NCBI GenBank assembly: GCA_964392775.1
Contig: CAYMRD010000006.1
Location: 61,901 to 125,900 of the forward strand
DNA: 64,000 bases
Direction of reading: 5' to 3'
Origin: an uncultured Bifidobacteriaceae bacterium
GTDB lineage: Bacteria; Bacteroidota; Bacteroidia; UKL13-3
Position numbers and translations under genes: made by a program
The notes under the pieces: generated by a model
Databases searched by the model: none
What the model was told of the DNA's origin: nothing
What the model saw: the letters and a program-made list of their open reading frames with translations, nothing else
Shown: positions 1-9,846 of the stretch, in pieces
Layout: the number at the start of each line of letters is the position of its first letter
Numbering within the stretch: position 1 is the stretch's first letter

Positions 1-1
1 A

Positions 2-1507
2 GCCCTCGAAAGACGTTTCCAAGTGGTGATGGTAAACCCTGCAACTCCTGAAGAAACCGTTGAAATTTTGCACAATATCAAGGGCAAATACGAAGACCAC
101 CACAGCGTGACCTACGAAGAAGAAGCGATTGCTGCCTGTGTGGCCATGAGTAACCGTTACATGACCGACCGTCATTTACCCGATAAGGCTATTGATGTTT
201 TGGATGAAGTAGGAGCCCGGGTGCATATCAGCAATATTCACGTTCCGCAAAATGTGCTGGAATTGGAGAAAATGATTGAAGACATCAAGGTTGAAAAAAA
301 CAAGGTTGTTAAAAGTCAGAAGTATGAAGAGGCTGCCAAATTGCGCGACCGCGAAAAACATCTGTTGGAACAACTCGAAACCGAAAAGTCGAAATGGGAA
401 GAAGAAACCAAATCGCAACGTTATAAAGTAACCGAAGAAGACGTAGCTGAAGTGATTGCCATGATGACCGGGATTCCGGTAAAACGTATTGCCCAAAGCG
501 AAGGTATTCGTTTGCTCAATATGGGTACTGAGCTGCAAGGCAAAGTAATTGGTCAGGAAGATGCGATTAAGAAACTTGCCAAAGCCATTCAGCGTACCCG
601 TGCCGGACTGAAAAATCCGAATAAACCGATTGGTTCATTTGTGTTCTTAGGCCCCACCGGAGTAGGTAAAACCGAAATGGGAAAAGTATTGGCCCGCTAT
701 TTATTCGACAGTGACGATGCAATGATTCGCATCGACATGAGCGAATACATGGAGAAATTTGCAGTGAGCCGTTTGGTAGGAGCGCCTCCGGGTTATATCG
801 GATACGAAGAAGGAGGGCAGCTGACCGAAAAAATTCGCAGAAAACCTTATGCGGTGGTATTGCTCGATGAAATCGAAAAAGCCCATCCGGATGTATTCAA
901 TATTTTGTTGCAGGTATTGGATGAAGGTTTCCTTACTGACAGCTTAGGCCGTAAAGTGGATTTCCGCAATACCATCATCATCATGACCTCCAATATTGGT
1001 TCACGCCAGTTGAAGGACTTTGGACAAGGAGTAGGGTTTGGAACACCATCCAAAGAAGCACAAAGTGATATTCACACAAAAGTGGTAATTGAAAATGCCT
1101 TAAAACGTTTCTTCTCGCCTGAGTTCTTGAACAGGATTGATGATGTGATAGTGTTTAACTCACTCGGAAAAGAAGCAATTACAAAAATTCTGGACCTCAA
1201 CATGAACACCTTGGTGAAACGCGTGGAAGAGTTGGGTTATGTATTCAAAATTACAGATGAAGCCAAAGGCTTTTTGTCGGAAAAAGGATTTGACCCCGAT
1301 ATGGGAGCCCGTCCTTTGGCCCGCACTATCCAGCGTTTTGTGGAAGATCCGATTGCCGAAGAATTGCTGAAAGGCGAAGCCGGTGAAGGAGCAACCATAG
1401 AGGTGGGTTATGAGAAAGATGCACCTGAGCTTAAAATTACGGTGGTCAAGAAAAAAGAACCTAAAAAGAAAAAGGATGCACCTCCTGTGAATCCAACTGA
1501 TAACTAG
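2..1507 (+). CDS. clpC: ATP-dependent Clp protease ATP-binding subunit ClpC (5' part lies outside the window)
   Basis: Frame is open from the window start (ALERRFQV); RHLPDKAIDVLDE, a UVR-like coiled coil, second Walker A GPTGVGKT, RIDMSEYMEK, GAPPGYIGYEEGG and GARPL motifs. Confidence 0.95.
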   Translation, partial: ALERRFQVVMVNPATPEETVEILHNIKGKYEDHHSVTYEEEAIAACVAMSNRYMTDRHLPDKAIDVLDEVGARVHISNIHVPQNVLELEKMIEDIKVEKNKVVKSQKYEEAAKLRDREKHLLEQLETEKSKWEEETKSQRYKVTEEDVAEVIAMMTGIPVKRIAQSEGIRLLNMGTELQGKVIGQEDAIKKLAKAIQRTRAGLKNPNKPIGSFVFLGPTGVGKTEMGKVLARYLFDSDDAMIRIDMSEYMEKFAVSRLVGAPPGYIGYEEGGQLTEKIRRKPYAVVLLDEIEKAHPDVFNILLQVLDEGFLTDSLGRKVDFRNTIIIMTSNIGSRQLKDFGQGVGFGTPSKEAQSDIHTKVVIENALKRFFSPEFLNRIDDVIVFNSLGKEAITKILDLNMNTLVKRVEELGYVFKITDEAKGFLSEKGFDPDMGARPLARTIQRFVEDPIAEELLKGEAGEGATIEVGYEKDAPELKITVVKKKEPKKKKDAPPVNPTDN

Positions 1508-1508
1508 C

Positions 1509-1577
1509 AGCCCCGATTTATCGGGGCTCAAAATCCATTACTTACAAGATACTTAAGAGCCCCGATAAATCGGGGCT
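1509..1577. repeat. Pair of mutually inverted 20-nt palindromes (REP-like doublet; second copy may act as the clpC terminator)
   Basis: agccccgatttatcggggct at 1509-1528 and its reverse complement agccccgataaatcggggct at 1558-1577, followed by ttt. Confidence 0.85.
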
Positions 1578-1582
1578 TTTCA

Positions 1583-1590
1583 TATGTTTG
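1583..1590 (+). promoter_or_regulatory. Bacteroidota -7 promoter element for rlmH
   Basis: TATGTTTG matches TAnnTTTG, 4 nt before the GTG start. Confidence 0.55.
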
Positions 1591-1594
1591 CCTT

Positions 1595-2065
1595 GTGAAA
1601 ATTACCCTTCTCCAATTCGGTAAAACCCATTTTAAGTTTGTAGATACAGGCGTTGATGAGTTTGTGGGCCGGCTGAAACATTATACAAAATTTGAACAGC
1701 TAACGCTGGAGTTGCCTTCTAAGTTGCGCTCGGCTGATGGTGCTTTGGTCAAAAAAGCAGAAGGAGAGATGCTGCTCAAAAAAATTGCACCCACAGACTA
1801 TTTGATGTTGCTGGATGAAAAAGGAGCTACCTATACTTCGAGGGAATTTGCAAACACGCTGCAAAAATTATCCAATACCCAGGCTTCATGCGTATTTGTG
1901 ATTGGTGGAGCTTTCGGCTTTTCGGAACAGGTTTACGAACGAGCCAACGCGAAATTGTCCTTATCAAAAATGACTTTCTCTCATCAACTCATCCGGTTGA
2001 TATTTATCGAGCAATTGTATCGGGCTTATACCATTATAAAAGGGGAGCCGTATCACAATGATTAG
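1595..2065 (+). CDS. rlmH: 23S rRNA (pseudouridine-1915-N3)-methyltransferase RlmH
   Basis: SPOUT-family motifs LLDEKG, FVIGGAFGF, LSLSKMTFSHQLIRLIFIEQLYRA and GEPYHND. Confidence 0.96.
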   Translation: MKITLLQFGKTHFKFVDTGVDEFVGRLKHYTKFEQLTLELPSKLRSADGALVKKAEGEMLLKKIAPTDYLMLLDEKGATYTSREFANTLQKLSNTQASCVFVIGGAFGFSEQVYERANAKLSLSKMTFSHQLIRLIFIEQLYRAYTIIKGEPYHND

Positions 2066-2083
2066 TTGATGGGTAGATTGGTT

Positions 2084-2107
2084 GGCTTCGATAAACTCAG
2101 CCTGACA
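2084..2107. repeat. REP-like repeat (TGTCAGGCTGAG...TCGAAGCC family)
   Basis: Reverse complement tgtcaggctgagtttatcgaagcc matches 10551-10574 at 21/24 positions. Confidence 0.7.
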
Positions 2108-2316
2108 TTATTGGATGCTGTATTCTCCAAAGTTTCGGTATAGGTGAAGCAGCGTATTCTGTGGGAAAACTTTTTCAAACGACTATGAATCGAGGACTCT
2201 TCCTTTCTCACAGATCGTGAGGTTTTTTGCTCGCGATGGTGGGTTTACCTCGCCATGCCACAGAAGAACACAGATGTTTATCACAGTACTACGCATACAT
2301 CCTATAATCACAAATC

Positions 2317-3222
2317 TTACATCATCTTACTTCGTTTCAGCAAAAACGGAAGCAGTATCTGGTTAAAGTCGTTTCCAACTTTAGCTTCTACAAGGTCGAT
2401 TTTGTATTGGGCACATTTGAGTTTGAGCAAATGCCTGCGCTCATCTGAGGCCTGCCAAAAGGCTTCTTTCACCTGATTGGGAAAGAGCTTCAGTTTTTCA
2501 CCGCTTTCAGCATCTACAAAAAGGTAGGGACGGTTTGCAAATTCAAAATTTACTTCGGTTTGTTTGTCCTCAACATGAAATAGGATTACTTCATGCTTAT
2601 TGTATTTGAGGTGTTGCAGCGCGCGAAACAGTTCCTCATCACCTTCACCTGTTTGCAGCATATCGCTGAAAATAATCACCAGTGAACGTTTGTGAATCAT
2701 CTCGGCAATCTGGTGCAGACTGGCTGCTATATTGCTGTGGCCGCTGCGCTTGGGGCTTTGCAGTAATTCTTCCAGCTTGTGCAGTAGTAATTTTTGGTGA
2801 ATAGAATTGCTTTTACAAGGTGTGTGAAAGTTGACAGCATCATCGATCAAACTAAGCCCTGATGCATCACGTTGTTTGCGCAACATCAACATCAGTGAAG
2901 CGGCTGCATAAATACTAAACCGCAGTTTGCTGAATCCCGTTTCGGGATAATACATCGACCCCGAGCAATCCAGAATAATCTGGCATCTCAGATTGGTTTC
3001 TTCTTCGTAACGTTTAACAAACAATTTATCGGTGCGGGCAAACAGTTTCCAGTCCATATGACGGGTGCTTTCGCCACTGTTGTACAGCCGGTGTTCGGCA
3101 AACTCAACCGAAAAACCGTGAAACGGACTTTTATGCAATCCGGTAATAAAACCTTCAACCACCTGTTTGGCTAAAAATTCAAGGTTTCCGGTTTGCAGCA
3201 GTTGTTCGGGGGTGAGTTGCAT
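2317..3222 (-). CDS. DUF58 domain protein (MoxR AAA-ATPase-associated, vWA-like)
   Basis: GLHKSPFHGFSVEFAEHRLY, DWKLFART, EEETN and DCSGSM motifs. ATG at 3222 preferred over TTG at 3231. Confidence 0.9.
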   Translation of the reverse strand: MQLTPEQLLQTGNLEFLAKQVVEGFITGLHKSPFHGFSVEFAEHRLYNSGESTRHMDWKLFARTDKLFVKRYEEETNLRCQIILDCSGSMYYPETGFSKLRFSIYAAASLMLMLRKQRDASGLSLIDDAVNFHTPCKSNSIHQKLLLHKLEELLQSPKRSGHSNIAASLHQIAEMIHKRSLVIIFSDMLQTGEGDEELFRALQHLKYNKHEVILFHVEDKQTEVNFEFANRPYLFVDAESGEKLKLFPNQVKEAFWQASDERRHLLKLKCAQYKIDLVEAKVGNDFNQILLPFLLKRSKMM

Positions 3223-3357
3223 GTGTGCCAAGCTAAGGGTTTATCTTAAAATATCCAATTGGGAGATGACTTAGGCTTAATTCATATTGATTTAACATTG
3301 GGTTAAGCATAGCGTAATGCCTTGAGTACAATTTTGATACATTAAACCGAACCCATT

Positions 3358-5115
3358 ATGCCAACCGAATTGATTGATGCAAGTGCTTTAGCCGAAAACC
3401 TACAACTTAAAAAGCTAAAGCTGGAAAACCTGGCTCCTGTTATTATGAAGTTGCTTAAACTAGACAGGGTGAATCACGTTCTGCAGGATTCTCAGACTCT
3501 CAAGGGAGGTGAGTTTACAGAAAGTATCCTTAACAAGTTGGGCGTTGCTTATGAATTTGATGAAGAAGACCTAACCAATATTCCCAGAGATGAGCCGTTT
3601 GTATTAGTAGCCAATCATCCGTATGGTGGCATTGATGGATTGATTTTATTATCACTTATTACCAAGGTGAGACCTGAATTTAAATTGATGGCCAATTATC
3701 TGTTGGGCCAAATAGAACCTGTGCAGAATCAGTTGGTTTCTGTTAATCCTTTTGAGAAAGTGAGCAAACAAGGGATGAATATGCTCGGCATTAAGCGCTC
3801 GCTCTCCTTGCTCAATGATGGTGTTCCAGTAGGGATTTTTCCGGCCGGAGAAGTGTCGGCTTTAAAGTTGAACAACCTTAAAATTTCGGATAAAATGTGG
3901 AACCCTGTGGTGGGAAAATTAATTCTGAAAGCAGGTGTAAAAGTGGTTCCGGTATATTTCTCGGGACATAATAGTGTTATGTTTAATCTTCTGGGATTGG
4001 TTCATCCGGCTTTGCGAACAGCTAAACTCCCTTCGGAATTGCTCAATAAAAAAGAGGATAAAATAAAAGTGCGAATTGGGAAAGCCATCAGCATTAAAAC
4101 GGTTCAGGAGTTTCAGGATCCGGATTTATTGTTACGTTTTTTACGCGCCAAAACGTACGCGCTGGGTTCCGGGTTGGATGTTAAAAATTATTTTGACATT
4201 AGCCTCAATAAGGTGTTTCCTGCACATCCGCAAACAGTGATTGAACCTACTCCGGTTGATTTGATGCTAAATGATATCAAACGGATTGAACTTAAAGATT
4301 TGTTGTTTGTCCAAGGAGAATTCAAGGTTTTTATGAGTGGGGCCAAGCAAATCCCGAATATTTTAAGGGAAATATCCCGGTTGAGAGAAGTTACTTTTAG
4401 AGCAGTGGGAGAAGGCACCAATAAAAGTTTCGACAGCGATGAGTATGATATTCATTACAAGCATCTTTTCGTTTGGGATGAAAGCGTGCGATGTGTGGTA
4501 GGAGCGTATCGAATCGGGATGGGTGATGTATTGTACAGACGGTATAAGAAAAAAGGTTTTTACCTCAATGAGTTGTTTAAGATAAGCAAAGAGTTTACGC
4601 CTATTCTCAAATCATCATTGGAATTAGGGCGTTCCTTTATCCGCGAAGAATACCAGCGAAAACCTTTAAGTCTGATGTTGCTTTGGAAAGGGGTGAATAC
4701 ATTTTTGAAATCGCAGCCCAACCGGTACAAACACCTGATTGGTCCGGTGAGCATCAGCAATCGTTTTTCGGATTTGTCGAAAGACCTGCTGGTTGATTTT
4801 ATTACCAAACATCATTTCGATAAAGAGTTGTCGAAAATGGTGGAGCCCCGTAAACGCTACGTGTTTAAGTATAGGGGAGAAGCCAGGGAGCTTCGCAACC
4901 ATATAGCCGAAGATGTAAAGGTATTGGATACAATGATTTCAGAAATTGAAACCAGTGGTCAAAAAATTCCGGTATTGCTCAAAAAATACCTGAAGCAAAA
5001 TGCACGAATCATAGCGTTTAATGTCGACCCTAAGTTCAACCATTCACTTGATGGATTTTTGGTGATGAACCTCGAAGAGATTCCGGAAGATACGTTTGAG
5101 ATGATGGTGCGGTAA
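3358..5115 (+). CDS. Bifunctional acyltransferase: PlsC-type O-acyltransferase fused to GNAT N-acyltransferase (OlsF-like amino-lipid synthase)
   Basis: N-terminal NHPYGGIDG and FPAGEVS motifs; C-terminal RLREVTFRAVGEG, VGAYR, LELGRSF and FNVDPKF motifs. Confidence 0.85.
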   Translation: MPTELIDASALAENLQLKKLKLENLAPVIMKLLKLDRVNHVLQDSQTLKGGEFTESILNKLGVAYEFDEEDLTNIPRDEPFVLVANHPYGGIDGLILLSLITKVRPEFKLMANYLLGQIEPVQNQLVSVNPFEKVSKQGMNMLGIKRSLSLLNDGVPVGIFPAGEVSALKLNNLKISDKMWNPVVGKLILKAGVKVVPVYFSGHNSVMFNLLGLVHPALRTAKLPSELLNKKEDKIKVRIGKAISIKTVQEFQDPDLLLRFLRAKTYALGSGLDVKNYFDISLNKVFPAHPQTVIEPTPVDLMLNDIKRIELKDLLFVQGEFKVFMSGAKQIPNILREISRLREVTFRAVGEGTNKSFDSDEYDIHYKHLFVWDESVRCVVGAYRIGMGDVLYRRYKKKGFYLNELFKISKEFTPILKSSLELGRSFIREEYQRKPLSLMLLWKGVNTFLKSQPNRYKHLIGPVSISNRFSDLSKDLLVDFITKHHFDKELSKMVEPRKRYVFKYRGEARELRNHIAEDVKVLDTMISEIETSGQKIPVLLKKYLKQNARIIAFNVDPKFNHSLDGFLVMNLEEIPEDTFEMMVR

Positions 5116-5121
5116 GTCCCG

Positions 5122-6486
5122 TTAACGTGCTCCAAATACAGCTTTAAACAGTTGTGGGTAGAGTTTGTCGCTTACTTCACGTTGTCCGTTTTTGTATGAT
5201 TCAACTCCGGCATTTTCGGCACTTAGCTGATACCCTTTGATGCCTTTGAGGCTGTCTTTGTATACTTCCGACTTGGTGTTATTGTCGGTTACGGTTAAAC
5301 TCACATCCAGTGATGCGGTGAGCATATTTCCCCAAATGGCACCTTCTGATTTGGCGGAGGCATCAATGAACAATACATAATCGGCCGAGTCGCGGTTGAG
5401 CACAAATGTGCAACCATCATCCACCAGTTTTTTGCGCAAAGCCCATTCGATATATCCATCGGGCATTTCTTTGCTCATGTTTTTTTCGCTGCGCACAATA
5501 AAAAACTTCACAGGAGTAACATTGAGTTTTACGGTTTTACGGGGCAAATCAAACGTCAATAAAATACGCTTTAATGTTTGATTCATGCTATCCATCTTCA
5601 CCAGTTCACGTTCATCAAACGTTATCTTAAGGTTTTGAACCGGGTAGGTGGCCGGAACTTTGTTCAGGTATAAATCGGCTTTGCCGTTGGCATCGGTTTC
5701 ATCGGTAGCCAGCACTGTTCCACTTCCACTTTTAAGCGCCAAAGGAACCTGAGGAATCATGGTATGATTGCTTTGGTAACGGGCCGTAACTGTAATGGGA
5801 ACAGCAAGTGGTTTCCCTGCCATGGCTTTAAGTGATGTGTACGGATGGGTTAATTCCAGTTCAAGCAGCTGACTTTGAATGGATTCAATCAGCATACTGA
5901 TCATGTTTACGCTTTGCCCGTTGTGCAGGTGCTGAACATCTTCATTGAGATACGCCTGCAAGGCAACCAGAGCCTTTACCTTGAGCCGCAGGCTTTGGGT
6001 AAATTGCTCGCGAGAGAGGCTTTGAGCATGGTTGTAGTAACTCTCCGATTGTTCCATAGCCATCATCATTTTTCTGCGGATGGCGGCTTTGTAATCATCT
6101 TTCGACAAGCGGTAATAGATCCAGAAATTTGTGGCATCCTCCCAGCTATCCACTACGGTAAATTCCTCGATGGTGTTGAGAGCTGTTACGCGCACATCGC
6201 TTTCAAACTGCTGGTTAAACGCTGCATTTTTCTGGTATTGTTTGAGAACAGAGTTGCTCGAAACGGTCACTTTAATTTCGGATACGAGGTCGTTGATGGC
6301 ATTTTTCTTTGCAATTTGCTGGTAGTCGGCAGCATTGCTGAGTTTGGAAGCCATCCCTATTCCGATATAATACGCTTCATTCACAGGTCGTTGGTCAACC
6401 CATACAGGTTTGGGCTTGCCAGTTCTACTGCTTTTGCAGGCAGTTATCATCAGCAGTCCTGTTAGAATGAAATAGAGATACCGCAT
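5122..6486 (-). CDS. LPP20-family lipoprotein with a C-terminal extension
   Basis: Lipobox ITAC; YYIGIGMA...AKKNAINDLVSEIKVTV pattern. Confidence 0.7.
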   Translation of the reverse strand: MRYLYFILTGLLMITACKSSRTGKPKPVWVDQRPVNEAYYIGIGMASKLSNAADYQQIAKKNAINDLVSEIKVTVSSNSVLKQYQKNAAFNQQFESDVRVTALNTIEEFTVVDSWEDATNFWIYYRLSKDDYKAAIRRKMMMAMEQSESYYNHAQSLSREQFTQSLRLKVKALVALQAYLNEDVQHLHNGQSVNMISMLIESIQSQLLELELTHPYTSLKAMAGKPLAVPITVTARYQSNHTMIPQVPLALKSGSGTVLATDETDANGKADLYLNKVPATYPVQNLKITFDERELVKMDSMNQTLKRILLTFDLPRKTVKLNVTPVKFFIVRSEKNMSKEMPDGYIEWALRKKLVDDGCTFVLNRDSADYVLFIDASAKSEGAIWGNMLTASLDVSLTVTDNNTKSEVYKDSLKGIKGYQLSAENAGVESYKNGQREVSDKLYPQLFKAVFGAR

Positions 6487-6507
6487 GAGTTTTTGGGTTA
6501 AATATAA

Positions 6508-6537
6508 GAATGCACAATCAAAGGCGATTGTGCATTC
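6508..6537. terminator. 12-bp hairpin between the two LPP20-like genes (terminator or mRNA stabiliser)
   Basis: gaatgcacaatc / gattgtgcattc perfect inverted repeat with a 6-nt loop. Confidence 0.55.
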
Positions 6538-6555
6538 TGTTTTGAAAAGAGAGGA

Positions 6556-7149
6556 TTAGTTGCCTCTTTCTTTGGCAAGTTTATCCATTTCGGAGTTGAA
6601 GATTTCTTCAAACTTTTTCTTGTCGTAATCCTGCTGGAGCTTGGCATTTTTAGAGATGCCTTTGTCGATGCCGTTCATGATGATTTGTTTGTTGGCCTCG
6701 ATTGCTACCCAATAGGTGTAGGTATTATTGGTTTCTTTCAGAATTTTTTCACCGATGATTCTTACATCCGTCAATTCCTGATTGGTTACATCCCGCACAA
6801 TCTCTTCAAATTTGTTTGAGAAATCCTGTGTGCTTCCAATCTGGCGCTGGTTGGTGTATTGTTCCGTAACCTTTTTGACGGTACTTTGAATCAGGCCGGC
6901 CATTTCAGATTTGGCATTTTGCAAGGCAATTTTTTTGCTGGTGGTAAGGTCCATGCTGTTGCCCGATGATTTAGCGCGGAAATTTTCTTTATCACTTTGG
7001 TATTCTTTGGTGCTAAACGGAACTGAGATTTCAATGGCTCCTGTTTGTTTTTCGATAGGAGTACCTTTTTTAGATTTACAAGCCGGAGTCAGGCCTGCGA
7101 GAGCAGCCAGGGCAGCCAGAGCTAAGGTTGATTTGAGGGTGGTTTTCAT
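6556..7149 (-). CDS. LPP20-family lipoprotein
   Basis: Lipobox TPAC; SKKIALQNAKSEMAGLIQSTV and YTYWVAIE patterns. Confidence 0.7.
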   Translation of the reverse strand: MKTTLKSTLALAALAALAGLTPACKSKKGTPIEKQTGAIEISVPFSTKEYQSDKENFRAKSSGNSMDLTTSKKIALQNAKSEMAGLIQSTVKKVTEQYTNQRQIGSTQDFSNKFEEIVRDVTNQELTDVRIIGEKILKETNNTYTYWVAIEANKQIIMNGIDKGISKNAKLQQDYDKKKFEEIFNSEMDKLAKERGN

Positions 7150-7224
7150 GTGTAGATTTGTTTGGTTAGTTAAAGGATGATTTACAAACGATATGCCAAG
7201 ATTCTGTTCATGTGCAGGATTGTT

Positions 7225-7989
7225 TCAGGGAGTAGTCTGCCGGTCCAGCAGACGGGAGGCTTGTTCGTAGCCAATCTGATAGATCTCTTTGGCGGAAGAT
7301 AGCTTAAACAATCCATAGCCCGAGAGTTTATCAGGCTCGATGTATAGATTGAATTTGGGAATATGGACATTCACATTGGCCCGGATGGCCAGATGCAGCA
7401 CCCTGTCGGCATAGTTTCGAAAGGAGTTGAAGTGTGATATTTCTTTCACGGGATTCACGTTGACCCCAATGATATAATTGCATTTGCCTTCGATCGGTTC
7501 GATGGGCAGGTTATTCATCAGACCTCCATCTACATACATATTGCCATTTATTATATACGGTTTGAGTACCAACGGAACAGCCGATGAGGCCATCACTGCA
7601 TCAATGATAGACCCCGAAGTGAAATATTCGGTAGTAGCTTTGGTAAAGTTGGTAGCCGAAATAATCAAAGGGATTTTAAGTTCCGTTATAGAGTCGGTTG
7701 AGAGATTACGTGACAATGCCTTGCGGATGCCCATTGCTTTAAGTACACCAAACCCGGGTTTGTATACCCGTAAGAGTCTGTATACATCCCATTCAGAGAG
7801 CAGTTCAAAAATGGTTTCCGGGTTGTATCCATCGGCATACAGGGCCCCTACAATGGAACCGGCACTCACGGCCGAAATAATATCAGGATAAATACCCCGT
7901 TCATTCAGAGCTTTCAATACTCCAATGTGGGCAAATCCACGGGCGCCTCCACCCGAGAGCACAATACCTGTTTTATAAGTGTGGGTCAA
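7225..7989 (-). CDS. Patatin-like phospholipase
   Basis: LSGGGARGFAHIG, nucleophile region AVSAGS and DGG motif. Confidence 0.92.
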   Translation of the reverse strand: MTHTYKTGIVLSGGGARGFAHIGVLKALNERGIYPDIISAVSAGSIVGALYADGYNPETIFELLSEWDVYRLLRVYKPGFGVLKAMGIRKALSRNLSTDSITELKIPLIISATNFTKATTEYFTSGSIIDAVMASSAVPLVLKPYIINGNMYVDGGLMNNLPIEPIEGKCNYIIGVNVNPVKEISHFNSFRNYADRVLHLAIRANVNVHIPKFNLYIEPDKLSGYGLFKLSSAKEIYQIGYEQASRLLDRQTTP

Positions 7990-8162
7990 GGGGCTTTTTG
8001 GATAATATCGTCAACATCTACCTCCGGAATCACAACAGTTTTTTTCTTGTTAATGCGTTTGGGTTGTTCATACTCCTTGTATTCGGCCTTAGTCTTTTGG
8101 CTGCTTTTACAGCCAAAGGCTACAATACCCATCAATAGCAACAGAAAAAGCAGTTTATTCAT
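7986..8162 (-). CDS. Small lipoprotein (58 aa), hypothetical
   Basis: MNKLLFLLLLMGIVAFGC signal and lipobox; 4-nt overlap with the patatin start. Start moved to ATG 8162. Confidence 0.65.
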   Translation of the reverse strand: MNKLLFLLLLMGIVAFGCKSSQKTKAEYKEYEQPKRINKKKTVVIPEVDVDDIIQKAP

Positions 8163-8271
8163 GCCTGAGGAATTAATTTCTATACAAAGTAATGCCGAAA
8201 AATTATTTTTGCGCACGTTTGATGAAATTTAGTCGCAAACACTATTCCACATAATCCAACCAACCAATCAC

Positions 8272-9747
8272 ATGGACATTAAAAAAGTAAAGAGAAGTGA
8301 AGATTACAGTGCATGGTATAATAACCTGGTAAAACAGGCTGATTTGGCCGAACACTCTGCCGTTAAGGGCTGTATGGTGATTAAGCCTTACGGGTATGCC
8401 ATTTGGGAGAAGATGCAGGCTGAGCTGGACAGACGTTTTAAGGAAACAGGTCACCAAAATGCCTATTTCCCGTTGTTCATCCCAAAATCTTTTTTTAGTA
8501 AAGAGGCCAGCCACGTGGACGGTTTCGCCAAAGAATGTGCGGTTGTTACCCATTACCGGCTGAAAACAGCCGAGAATGGTGAGATTGTGGTTGATGAAAC
8601 GGCTAAACTTGAAGAAGAGCTGATTGTGCGTCCAACCTCCGAAACCATTATCTGGAATACTTATCGTGATTGGATTAAGTCGCACCGCGATTTACCGATT
8701 TTGGTGAACCAATGGGCCAATGTAGTTCGCTGGGAGATGCGTACCCGTTTGTTTTTACGCACCACTGAATTTTTGTGGCAGGAGGGACATACCGCACACG
8801 CTACCTCTGATGAGGCCATTGCCGAAACCAAACAAATGCTGGAGGTATATGCCGACTTTGCTGAAAATATTTTAGCGGTACCGGTTGTAAAAGGAGTGAA
8901 AACCGCCAACGAACGTTTTGCCGGAGCTTTGGAAACTTATTGCATTGAAGGGTTGATGCAAGATGGAAAAGCCTTGCAAATGGGAACGTCTCACTTTTTG
9001 GGACAAAATTTTGCCAAGGCATTTGATGTAAAATACGCCACCAAAGAGAATACACAGGAATATGTTTGGGCAACTTCATGGGGTGTTTCCACCCGTTTGA
9101 TGGGAGCCTTGATTATGAGCCACAGTGATGATGAAGGATTGGTATTGCCTCCAAATCTGGCTCCTATTCAGGTGGTGATTGTTCCGATTTTGGGAAAGAA
9201 GGAAGAAGAAAAGGAACAAGTATTGGCCAAGGCCAAAGAAATACAAACGACCTTGCGTAAACGCGGTATGTCGGTAAAGCTGGATGACAGAGACAATACA
9301 AGTCCCGGGTTTAAGTTTGCCGAACACGAATTAAAAGGTGTACCGGTGCGTATTGCAATTGGTATGCGTGATGTGCAAAACGAAACAGTAGAGGTAGCAC
9401 GTAGGGATACCAAAGAAAAGCAGGTGATGAGCATGATTGACCTTGAGTCGAAAGTGGAGCATTTGCTGACAGCTATTCAAAGCAATATTTACCAAAAGGC
9501 TCTTGATTACCGCGATGAGCATATTCATGCCGTAAATGACTGGGATGAGTTTATAGATGCTCTCGAAAACAAAACAGGTTTTGTAAGTGCACATTGGGAT
9601 GGAACTTCTGAAACCGAAGTGAAAATTAAGGAAATGACGAAAGCTACGATTCGTTGTATTCCATTGAACAATCCATTAGAAAATGGAACTTGTGTATTGA
9701 CAGGAAAGCCAAGCACACAACGCGTTTTATTCGCCAAAGCGTATTAA
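8272..9747 (+). CDS. proS: Proline--tRNA ligase (archaeal/eukaryotic type, usual in Bacteroidota)
   Basis: [39 protein letters not shown] and SWGVSTR motifs; C-terminal TIRCIP. Confidence 0.97.
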   Translation: MDIKKVKRSEDYSAWYNNLVKQADLAEHSAVKGCMVIKPYGYAIWEKMQAELDRRFKETGHQNAYFPLFIPKSFFSKEASHVDGFAKECAVVTHYRLKTAENGEIVVDETAKLEEELIVRPTSETIIWNTYRDWIKSHRDLPILVNQWANVVRWEMRTRLFLRTTEFLWQEGHTAHATSDEAIAETKQMLEVYADFAENILAVPVVKGVKTANERFAGALETYCIEGLMQDGKALQMGTSHFLGQNFAKAFDVKYATKENTQEYVWATSWGVSTRLMGALIMSHSDDEGLVLPPNLAPIQVVIVPILGKKEEEKEQVLAKAKEIQTTLRKRGMSVKLDDRDNTSPGFKFAEHELKGVPVRIAIGMRDVQNETVEVARRDTKEKQVMSMIDLESKVEHLLTAIQSNIYQKALDYRDEHIHAVNDWDEFIDALENKTGFVSAHWDGTSETEVKIKEMTKATIRCIPLNNPLENGTCVLTGKPSTQRVLFAKAY

Positions 9748-9770
9748 AAATAAGATGTTATCATTCACAG

Positions 9771-9802
9771 AGCCGTTGCCAAATTTTGGCAACGGCTTTT
9801 TT
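9771..9802 (+). terminator. Intrinsic terminator of proS
   Basis: 12-bp stem agccgttgccaa/ttggcaacggct followed by a T run. Confidence 0.85.
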
Positions 9803-9846
9803 GTTGTGATTACATTGTGTAATTTACACATTCAATCGCAAGTGTT

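Noticed and set aside
5875-6465. Long opposite-strand or alternative-frame ORFs (e.g. 5875-6465, 10625-11269, 12721-13230, 35882-36589, 62019-62486)
   Set aside because: Each overlaps a well-supported gene and has no recognisable motifs.
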